DNA of 43,567 nt from an uncultured Anaerolineales bacterium (GTDB lineage: Bacteria > Chloroflexota > Anaerolineae > UBA3071), in assembly GCA_965369635.1 (NCBI GenBank), contig CBDURC010000001.1, positions 1 to 43,567 of the forward strand. Direction: 5' to 3'. The notes under the pieces were generated by a model. The model saw nothing but the letters and a program-made list of their open reading frames with translations, was not told the origin of the DNA and ran no database searches. Every line of letters starts with the position of its first letter. Within the stretch, counting starts at the first letter, position 1. Shown in pieces: positions 35,350 to 42,406 of this stretch. The translations under genes were made by a program, and so were the position numbers.

Positions 35350-38300
35350 TTGCTATCAGAGATGATGTACTGTCGCAAGCAGATGCTATCCATGCGAGAC
35401 GTGATTTCCCACCCTCCGCTGCTCGCGGCTGTCTTTCTTGCCGTGCTTAGCCTGTGTGTGCCTGGTTCTCCCTGGGCAGCGGAGGCCCAAGAGGCTATCC
35501 CACAATGGCGGCATTTCACCATTGATGATGGCTTGGCGGCCAATGACGTATGGACCCTGCTGCAGGATCAGGACGGATCGCTCTGGTTCGGTACCAACGG
35601 CGGCGGTGTCAGTCACTTCAACGGCCGCTGGGCCACTTTCACCCAGGAGAACACGGGGGGGGGATTGGCTGGCAACCGGGTGCGCTGCATCTTGCAGGCA
35701 CGTGATGGCAGTTTATGGTTCGGAACGTCCCACGGGCTCAGTCACTATCGTGATCAGGAGTGGCAGCTCTTCAGGCGGGAGAATGGTCTGGCAGATGACG
35801 ACGTGCGCAGCCTGTTGCAGACTGGCGATGGCGTCCTTTGGGCTGGGACGAACGGTGGATTGGCCAGCTACGATGGGCAGAACTGGCGGCGCTTCACTGT
35901 CCAGGAGGGGCTGGCAGGCGATGGTGTTTACGCGCTATGGCAGGATCGGGACGGCCTGCTCTGGGTGGGCAGTGATGGTGGTCTGAGCTACTGTGAGGTG
36001 CGGGGACAGTTTGCCTGCATTACGCTCGAAGAGTTGGCTGGCGCTAGCGTCCGTGCCCTGTTCGAAGACCGGGATGGCCGCGTATGGGCGGCGACTGGGG
36101 ACGGCCTGCTTTCTTATGACGGTCGCAGATGGACGAGCTTGGGGGTTGACGATGGCTTGCCGGCGGCAAGAGTACTATCCATGCTGCAGGACAACGATGG
36201 TTTCCTTTGGTTCGGCACTGATGGCGGTGGCGTTAGCCGCTACGATGGGCAGACCATAGTCGCCACCCTGACCAGCGCTGACGGTTTGCCTGCGGACAAT
36301 GTCCGCAGCCTGATCAAGGATCGGGACGGCGCGCTGTGGTTTGGGACCTTGGGGGGAGTGAGCCGCTACGACGCCCGCACCTGGCACAGCTGGTTGGGCG
36401 ATCAGACGATCATGGGCATAGCGCCTGGTCCGAAGGGGAACCTCTGGGTGGCGACGGCTGAAGATGGCCTGCGCTACTACGAGGATGGTGATTGGCATAG
36501 CCGAACTGCGGAAGAAGAGGGCGGCGCCGAGGGCCTGCCGACCAGTCGGATGGAAGTCCTCTTTCAGGCGTCGGATGGTGCGCTGTGGGTGGGTACCAAT
36601 GGCGGGGGCCTGACCCGGCTTGATGGCCAGGGGTGGCGGACTTTCACCAGGGACAAGGATGGTCTGGCTTCCGATTTGGTCACTACCATCTATGAGGCTG
36701 ACGATGGCACCCTTTGGGTGGGCACTGATCAGGGACTCAGCGCCTATGACGGCGAGCAGTGGGAGTCTTTCACGTCGGATGCCGATTCTGGGCTGATGGA
36801 TAGTATGATCCTGGCCATCGCTCAGGATCCGCAAGGCATACTCTGGGTGGGGACGCGGGCAGGCTTGTCTCGCTACGACGGCCAACAATGGCTGGAGCCT
36901 TTCACCCGGGCCAATTCCGGGTTGGCTGCCGACGAGGTGCGTGCCATTCTGCCGAGCGGCAATGGTTCGCTCTGGTTTGGCACCTGGACTGGAGGCGTCA
37001 GCCACTACGATGGCGAGACGTGGCATACCTACACTGTGGCCGATGGCCTGGCGGCCAATGCCATCTTCTCCATCATTGAGGATAGCGATGGCATCCTGTG
37101 GTTCGGCACGCTGAGCGGGGCCACCCGCTACGATGGCCGCACCTGGCTCAGCTACACGACCGGTGACGGTCTGACGAACAACGTGGTGAGGGTTATCCAC
37201 GAGGATGACAAGGGAGTTGTATGGATCGGGACACAAAGCGGGCTCAGCCGCTACGAGTCTGACCCGGGCACTCCATCAGCCCGCGTTATCAGCGTCAATG
37301 GCCGGCCCTACGAAGGTGGGATCGCTACGATGCTCAGTGGCGAGCCTCTGGACATCCAGTTCGATGGTGGCGACCTACGCACGCCGTTGGAAGACCTCGT
37401 TTTCATCTGCTACCTGGAGGGGACTGAACAGAGCTGGCAACTCCGCAGCAGGTTTTTCCTCGGCTCTCTGTCCAGGGGCGACTACGTCTTCCATCTCAGA
37501 GTGCGCGACGAGGATTTCAACTACTCGCCATCTGTGGACGTGCCCATCTTGGTGAAGAGCGGAGCAGTCTTCCCGTGGATTGGGCGACCGCGCGTTGTGC
37601 CCGCGGCTATGTTTGCTAGCGTTGTCTTGGTAGCGCTGGCAGCGGTGGGGGCGGCTGGCCTCTACGTGCACTCAAGACGGCAGACGCGACGGAGGGGAAG
37701 GGGAGCACTCCGACGCAGATTCAACCCCTACATCTCCGGAGAGCCCATCCGGCGCGAGGACATGTTCTTTGGCCGTGACCGGCTGCTGCGCGATATCATG
37801 GACATCCTGCACAACAACAGCATCATGATCCACGGCGAGCGGCGCATTGGCAAGACGACAGTGCTCTACCAGTTGGCGAATCGGCTGAGGCAGGACACCG
37901 ATCCAGAGTATCTCTTTGTCCCTGTCCTGGTAGATCTGGAGGGCACTCCACGGGAGGCTCTCTTCCACACGGTGATGGATGGCATCGTCTTGACCTTTGG
38001 CGCGCTGTTGCCTGAGGTTCCTCAGTTGGTTTTTCACATTGAGGGCAGTGGGGAGTACAGCGATCGCGACTTCGGCCGCGATTTCCGCCGCCTGCTTGAG
38101 GCTTTGAAACAGACCACGGACAAGAAGGTCCGGGTCGTCTTGCTCATGGACGAAATGGATGCTATTGACGCCTACGGCCGGATGGTTCAGCTGCAATTGC
38201 GCCGCATCTTCATGACGGATTTTTCGCAGAGCCTCGGTGCGGTGGTCGCCGGCGTGCAGATCAGCAGGAAATGGGACCGGCCTGAAAGCCCGTGGTACAA

Positions 38301-38565
38301 TCTCTTCCACGAGATGCGAGTGCGGCCTTTCACCGAGCAGGAGGCCCGGGAGTTGATCACCGAGCCGGTGAAGGGAGCATATCGGTACGAGGAGCAGGCT
38401 GTGCAACGGCTCATTGCCTACGGCAAGGGGCGTCCCTATCGCATTCAGCAATACTGTTTGGAAGCAGTCAACCACATGCTGGGCGACGATCGCCGTAAGG
38501 TGAGGCTGGCTGACGTGGAAGCGGCTCATGAGACGATACGGCAGGCCTGGGGTGACCATCCCTGA
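35350..38565 (+). CDS. Transmembrane receptor: signal peptide, 14 Reg_prop blades (double beta-propeller), Y_Y_Y domain, one TM, then a cytoplasmic STAND/AAA-type P-loop NTPase
   Basis: Fourteen repeats carry the motif DGxLWxGTxxGL (SLWFGTNGG through VVWIGTQSG). The Y_Y_Y-like segment is FICYLEGTEQSWQ...GDYVFHLRVRDEDFNYSP. The TM is VVPAAMFASVVLVALAAVGAAGLYV. The cytoplasmic part has NPYISGEPIRREDMFFGRD, Walker A GERRIGKTT (37834-37860) and Walker B VVLLMDEMD (38134-38160). The start is uncertain (35350-35392). Confidence 0.8.
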   Translation: MLSEMMYCRKQMLSMRDVISHPPLLAAVFLAVLSLCVPGSPWAAEAQEAIPQWRHFTIDDGLAANDVWTLLQDQDGSLWFGTNGGGVSHFNGRWATFTQENTGGGLAGNRVRCILQARDGSLWFGTSHGLSHYRDQEWQLFRRENGLADDDVRSLLQTGDGVLWAGTNGGLASYDGQNWRRFTVQEGLAGDGVYALWQDRDGLLWVGSDGGLSYCEVRGQFACITLEELAGASVRALFEDRDGRVWAATGDGLLSYDGRRWTSLGVDDGLPAARVLSMLQDNDGFLWFGTDGGGVSRYDGQTIVATLTSADGLPADNVRSLIKDRDGALWFGTLGGVSRYDARTWHSWLGDQTIMGIAPGPKGNLWVATAEDGLRYYEDGDWHSRTAEEEGGAEGLPTSRMEVLFQASDGALWVGTNGGGLTRLDGQGWRTFTRDKDGLASDLVTTIYEADDGTLWVGTDQGLSAYDGEQWESFTSDADSGLMDSMILAIAQDPQGILWVGTRAGLSRYDGQQWLEPFTRANSGLAADEVRAILPSGNGSLWFGTWTGGVSHYDGETWHTYTVADGLAANAIFSIIEDSDGILWFGTLSGATRYDGRTWLSYTTGDGLTNNVVRVIHEDDKGVVWIGTQSGLSRYESDPGTPSARVISVNGRPYEGGIATMLSGEPLDIQFDGGDLRTPLEDLVFICYLEGTEQSWQLRSRFFLGSLSRGDYVFHLRVRDEDFNYSPSVDVPILVKSGAVFPWIGRPRVVPAAMFASVVLVALAAVGAAGLYVHSRRQTRRRGRGALRRRFNPYISGEPIRREDMFFGRDRLLRDIMDILHNNSIMIHGERRIGKTTVLYQLANRLRQDTDPEYLFVPVLVDLEGTPREALFHTVMDGIVLTFGALLPEVPQLVFHIEGSGEYSDRDFGRDFRRLLEALKQTTDKKVRVVLLMDEMDAIDAYGRMVQLQLRRIFMTDFSQSLGAVVAGVQISRKWDRPESPWYNLFHEMRVRPFTEQEARELITEPVKGAYRYEEQAVQRLIAYGKGRPYRIQQYCLEAVNHMLGDDRRKVRLADVEAAHETIRQAWGDHP

Positions 38566-38639
38566 ACTCGCCTGGAAAACGCCCCCCTCCGGAAAAGTCG
38601 TAACTGCCTACAATACTATCAAGGAACAGGAGACCTTGC

Positions 38640-39746
38640 ATGAAAACCAGCGTTCCTCTCGTTGATCTCAAAGCGCAATACGCAAGCATCAAGCCAGAGA
38701 TGGATGCGGCCATCCAGCGGGTGCTGAGCCATTGCGGCTTCATCATGGGGCCGGAGGTGAAAGCATTCGAGGATGCCTTTGCTGTGTATTGCGGCACCGA
38801 GCAAGCAGTAGGTGTGGCCTCGGGCACGGCGGCGCTGCATCTGTCGCTGCTGGCCTGCAGCCTGGGCCTCGGTGATGAGGTCATCACCACGCCTTTCACC
38901 TTCTTCGCCAGCGGGGAGGCCATCTCACAGACGGGCGCTCGGCCGGTGTTCGTCGATATCGATCCCTTCACCTACAACATCGACCCCGCTCAAATCGAGG
39001 GGGCCATTACGCCGCGCACCAAGGCGATCATGCCCGTGCATCTCTACGGGCAGCCAGCGGAGATGGATCCTATTCTCGATGTCGCCCACCGGCACGACTT
39101 GCTGGTGATCGAGGACGCCGCGCAGGCGCATGGTGCTGAGTACCGCGGCCGCCGCGCTGGTTCCGTGAGTGATCTGGCCTGTTTCAGCTTCTACCCCAGC
39201 AAGAACCTGGGCTGCTATGGCGACGGCGGCATGATCGTGGGCAGCGATCCGGAGTTGTTGGCGCGGGTGCGCAAGCTGCGAGACCACGGTCGCATCAGCA
39301 AGTATGAGCATGACGAGTTGGGCTGGGGCTACCGCCTCGACGCGTTGCAGGCAGCTATCCTGGGGGTCAAGCTGCGTCATCTGGACGACTGGAACGAGGC
39401 GCGGAGGGCCCACGCAGCGCGCTACAACGAACTGTTTGCGGACACGGAGGTGATAAGACCCACGGTGCTGGACCATGTCAAGCATATCTACCATTGCTAC
39501 GTCATCCGCACCCTTTGTCGGGATGAGTTGGTCGAACACCTGAAGGCTGAGGGCATTGGCGTGGTCATCCACTACCCGCTACCGTTGCACCTGCAGCCAG
39601 CGTACAAGGACCTGGGACACCAGCTCGGCGATTTCCCCGTGAGCGAGGCCTGCGCGGAGGAGGTAGTGTCGCTGCCCATGTATCCCGAACTGACAGACGA
39701 ACAGCAGCAGCGCGTGGCGGAAGTTGTGAAAGCCTTCGTGGGCTGA
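38640..39746 (+). CDS. DegT/DnrJ/EryC1/StrS family PLP-dependent sugar aminotransferase (WbpE/ArnB-like)
   Basis: VPLVDLKAQYASIKPEMDAAIQRVL is the family N-terminus. The PLP-Lys region is SFYPSKNLGCYGDGG. GGAG lies 7 nt upstream of the ATG. Confidence 0.9.
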   Translation: MKTSVPLVDLKAQYASIKPEMDAAIQRVLSHCGFIMGPEVKAFEDAFAVYCGTEQAVGVASGTAALHLSLLACSLGLGDEVITTPFTFFASGEAISQTGARPVFVDIDPFTYNIDPAQIEGAITPRTKAIMPVHLYGQPAEMDPILDVAHRHDLLVIEDAAQAHGAEYRGRRAGSVSDLACFSFYPSKNLGCYGDGGMIVGSDPELLARVRKLRDHGRISKYEHDELGWGYRLDALQAAILGVKLRHLDDWNEARRAHAARYNELFADTEVIRPTVLDHVKHIYHCYVIRTLCRDELVEHLKAEGIGVVIHYPLPLHLQPAYKDLGHQLGDFPVSEACAEEVVSLPMYPELTDEQQQRVAEVVKAFVG

Positions 39747-39758
39747 GAGAAACGGAGA

Positions 39759-40787
39759 GTGAACGGTCCAGTGAACGAGAACAACCCCATATCGGTTTCC
39801 GTCCTCGTCCCCGCCAGGGACGAGGCTGACAACATCCCCACGCTCGTAGAGAAGGTCGGTCGGGCGTTTGCCGCGCTGGACGTGCGCGGGGAACTGGTGT
39901 TGGTGGACGATGGTTCCACCGATGGTACGGCCGACGTGGCTGCCGCTCTGCAGGCGGACCATCCCTTCCTGCGGCTGATCCACCATCAGCGCAATCTGGG
40001 GCTGACGGCGGCGCTGCGTGCCGGCTTCCGCGTTGTGCGCGGCGATGTCATTCTCTTCCTGCCTGCTGACCTGGAATCAGACCCCGAAGAGGACATTCCC
40101 AAGCTGCTGGAGAAGCTGGCCGAGGGGTACGATGTGGTGGCCGGCTGGCGGCAAGGCCGACGAGAGCGCAAGGTCTTCGCCTCTAGCATCTACAACTTCG
40201 CTTCCCGCCTGCTGTTCAACGTGCCGGCCCACGACATGAATTGGATCAAGGGGTTCCGCCGTCAGGTTGTGGAAACACTGCCGCCATTGCGCTCCGACTG
40301 GCACCGTTTCCTTCTGCACATCGCCGCTCACCAAGGCTACCGTATCGGCGAGGTGCGGACCAACTGGTACCCTCGTCGGGCAGGCCGGTCCAAGTATGGC
40401 CTGAGTCGCATCCCCATCAGCCTCTTGGACGTGCTGGTGATCCGCTTCTTGCTCACCTTCAGCCATGCGCCTATGCGTTTCTTCGGCGGACTGGGGCTGG
40501 CTAGCTTGAGCATCAGCGCGGTGACCTATCTGGTACTGACCTACTTCTGGTTCTTTCGCGAGCACACGCAGAAACGCCCCATCTTCTGGCTCGCTGGCGG
40601 CCTGGCCCTGGCAGGATTGCTCCTCATCCTCGTCGGCTTCGTGGCCGAGCTGATCGTCAACACCGGCGAGCGATTGGAGGTACTGGAACGTTTGCTCGAA
40701 GAGATGCAGGAGCGGGGCGGTGTGAGTCTTGCTACAGGTGAGAACGATGAGAACGATGAGAACGATGAGATCGAGAGGACAGACTGA
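39759..40787 (+). CDS. Family 2 glycosyltransferase, polyprenyl-phosphate sugar transferase type (GtrB/ArnC/DPM1-like) with two C-terminal TM
   Basis: VSVLVPARDEADNIPTLV, LVLVDDGSTDGT and PADLESDPEE are present. The C-terminal TM pair is followed by an acidic tail GENDENDENDEIERTD. Confidence 0.85.
   Translation: MNGPVNENNPISVSVLVPARDEADNIPTLVEKVGRAFAALDVRGELVLVDDGSTDGTADVAAALQADHPFLRLIHHQRNLGLTAALRAGFRVVRGDVILFLPADLESDPEEDIPKLLEKLAEGYDVVAGWRQGRRERKVFASSIYNFASRLLFNVPAHDMNWIKGFRRQVVETLPPLRSDWHRFLLHIAAHQGYRIGEVRTNWYPRRAGRSKYGLSRIPISLLDVLVIRFLLTFSHAPMRFFGGLGLASLSISAVTYLVLTYFWFFREHTQKRPIFWLAGGLALAGLLLILVGFVAELIVNTGERLEVLERLLEEMQERGGVSLATGENDENDENDEIERTD
40740..40775. repeat. 9-nt tandem repeat (GAGAACGAT x3 plus one degenerate unit) at the GT2 / Memo gene overlap
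   Basis: Perfect units start at 40740, 40749 and 40758. A degenerate unit GAGATCGAG follows at 40767. Confidence 0.85.
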
Positions 40788-41625
40788 GCGAACCGTCCGG
40801 CCATCGGCTGTCGCCGGGTCGTGGTATCCTGGCACGGAGCAAGCGCTGCGACGGATGCTGGAAGGCTTCTTGGCCAACGTGCCCGAGCAGCCGCTGGAAG
40901 GCAGTTTGCTGGGCCTCATCGCCCCGCACGCTGGCTACGTTTACTCCGGCCAGACGGCGGCCTACGCCTATAAGCAGCTTGCGGGCACAGACTACGATAC
41001 CATCATCATCATGAGCCCCAACCACCGCGCCTCTTGGGGCGCCGGTTTTCTCGTCTCCACGGCCACCCACTACGAGACGCCACTGGGGCTGGTGCCGCTG
41101 GACAAGCCCTTCATTGGTCGCTTGGCTGACCGTGTGGAGCTGCAAGGTGTGCGGCGGGATAGCGAGCACTCGCTGGAGATCCAGCTACCCTTCTTGCAGC
41201 ATGTCCTGGGGGACTTCCGCCTGGTGCCGGTGATGATCAACACAGACCGGACTGCGGCAGCGCGTGGGCTGGGCAGGGCACTGGCCGAGCTGGCCAAGGA
41301 GACCGAGGCATCTGTTCTGGTGGTGGCCAGCACCGATCTGCACCACATCCCCGACTACGACGAGGTGGTGCGCCGCGATCGAGTGGTGGTGGACGCGCTG
41401 GCCAGCTACGACATGGAGCGCATCGAGCAGGTGTTGACCGAGCCTGGCTGCAGCGTCTGCGGTCGTATGCCCGTCATCGCCTTGCTGGAGGCGGCCCGTG
41501 CCCTGGGGGCCGACCGTGTGCAGGTTCTGCACCAGACTAATTCGGGCGACGTCACCGGCATCCGCACGCCGGGGCAGTATACCGTCGGCTACCTGGCTGC
41601 CGCTGTCGTCGTCAGCGAGGTGTGA
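40747..41625 (+). CDS. Memo-like protein (AmmeMemoRadiSam system protein B family)
   Basis: PSAVAGSWYPG, IAPHAGYVYSGQTAAYAY and VASTDLHH are family motifs. The start is ambiguous: ATG 40747, 40756 and 40765 are all generated by the 9-nt repeat. All three overlap the GT2 3' end. Confidence 0.8.
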   Translation: MRTMRTMRSRGQTERTVRPSAVAGSWYPGTEQALRRMLEGFLANVPEQPLEGSLLGLIAPHAGYVYSGQTAAYAYKQLAGTDYDTIIIMSPNHRASWGAGFLVSTATHYETPLGLVPLDKPFIGRLADRVELQGVRRDSEHSLEIQLPFLQHVLGDFRLVPVMINTDRTAAARGLGRALAELAKETEASVLVVASTDLHHIPDYDEVVRRDRVVVDALASYDMERIEQVLTEPGCSVCGRMPVIALLEAARALGADRVQVLHQTNSGDVTGIRTPGQYTVGYLAAAVVVSEV

Positions 41626-41634
41626 CACACAGCC

Positions 41635-41706
41635 TACCAACTTACCAATCCACCAATCCACCAATCCACCAATCTACCAATCTACCAATGTACCGATTTA
41701 CCAACC
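41635..41706 (+). repeat. Octanucleotide tandem array, 9 units in perfect 8-nt register (consensus YACCAATC)
   Basis: TACCAACT TACCAATC CACCAATC CACCAATC CACCAATC TACCAATC TACCAATG TACCGATT TACCAACC. The array starts 9 nt after the Memo-like stop and ends 1 nt before ATG 41708. Confidence 0.9.
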
Positions 41707-41707
41707 T

Positions 41708-42346
41708 ATGAACACACAACTCATCACTCCACTCACCGGCTTGCTGTTCATCCTGGTCTTCGGGGGGCTGTCGGTGGTACGCGGTCAGGGGCCTTCGCTG
41801 CGATTTGCCTTGGAAGGACTGGCTCTCACCGCCATCGCCACAGCACTCATCTTCCTGGCCGGCATACCGGTCAATCCCGTGCTCTTCCTGGTGGTCATCT
41901 ACCTGGTGACTGTGCGCAGCCGTTGGCTGGTGGACCTGGGCAACTTCCTGAGCCGGCGGCGGCAGCACAGCGCGGGGCTGGCGGCATTCAGCCTTGCCCA
42001 GCGGCTGTGGCCCGACGCAGTGGGGCGCATGTTGGCCCGCATCGGCGCTGGCGTGGCTCACCTGAACGCCGGCGATCCCGAAAGCGCCATTGCCGTTCTG
42101 CGGGAGACCTTGGGAGAGATGCCCGAGGGGATCAATGCTCGCTACGAGGCTGGTTGCCGTTACAATCTGGGGCTGGCCTATCGTCGTGCCGGGCGGGAAG
42201 AAGAAGCCAACCTCGAGTTCCGTCGTGTGCTGGCTGCGGATCAGAACTCCCTTTTCGCCACAGGCGCTCGCGCCGCGCTGCGCCAATCGCCGCCTGCGGC
42301 CGAGGGGGAAACAGCTTCGCCAGAGCCGCCCGTCGGGCACCGGTAG
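41708..42346 (+). CDS. Small membrane protein (3 TM) with a C-terminal TPR-like region
   Basis: TM segments are ITPLTGLLFILVFGGLSVV, LALTAIATALIFLAGI and VLFLVVIYLVTV. TPR-like helices are AIAVLRETLGEMP...ARYEAGCRYNLGLAYRRAGREEEANLEFRRVLA. There is no SD upstream. The track ORF from GTG 41498 reads through the octamer array and overlaps the Memo gene, so it was not used. Confidence 0.55.
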   Translation: MNTQLITPLTGLLFILVFGGLSVVRGQGPSLRFALEGLALTAIATALIFLAGIPVNPVLFLVVIYLVTVRSRWLVDLGNFLSRRRQHSAGLAAFSLAQRLWPDAVGRMLARIGAGVAHLNAGDPESAIAVLRETLGEMPEGINARYEAGCRYNLGLAYRRAGREEEANLEFRRVLAADQNSLFATGARAALRQSPPAAEGETASPEPPVGHR

Positions 42347-42406
42347 ATTGGTACATTGGCCTGTGTTACCAGCTTACCAATCTACCAGTGTACCACTCTA
42401 CCGACT
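42342..42406. repeat. Octanucleotide units downstream of the TM+TPR gene: two inverted units, then five direct units
   Basis: GGTAGATT GGTACATT (42342-42357) is the reverse complement of the upstream unit type and overlaps TAG 42344-42346. It is followed by TACCAGCT TACCAATC TACCAGTG TACCACTC TACCGACT (42367-42406), which reaches the nfo stop codon. Confidence 0.75.

Noticed and set aside
34626-35543. 305-aa minus-strand ORF across the acetyltransferase gene
   Set aside because: It is a shadow ORF. It runs through the divergent promoter region and two plus-strand genes. The plus frame has clear hexapeptide periodicity.
36175-38559. 353-aa and 295-aa minus-strand ORFs opposite the propeller-NTPase receptor gene
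   Set aside because: They are shadow ORFs. The plus frame shows 14 regular propeller blades and Walker A/B motifs.
38566-38639. TACAAT box upstream of the DegT aminotransferase gene as a promoter
   Set aside because: No -35-like hexamer lies at 16-18 nt, and the TG is not correctly spaced. The gene may simply be co-transcribed with the receptor gene.
41498-41707. Upstream extension of the TM+TPR ORF that would translate the octamer array as PTNLPIHQSTNPPIYQSTNVPIYQ
   Set aside because: It requires a GTG start 128 nt inside the Memo-like gene, in another frame. No start codon lies inside the array. It cannot be fully excluded without proteomics, so it is also flagged in the findings.
41635-42406. 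Possibility that the short repeat arrays are a CRISPR array
   Set aside because: The units are 8 nt, head-to-tail, with no spacers. There are no cas genes. This does not fit CRISPR architecture.
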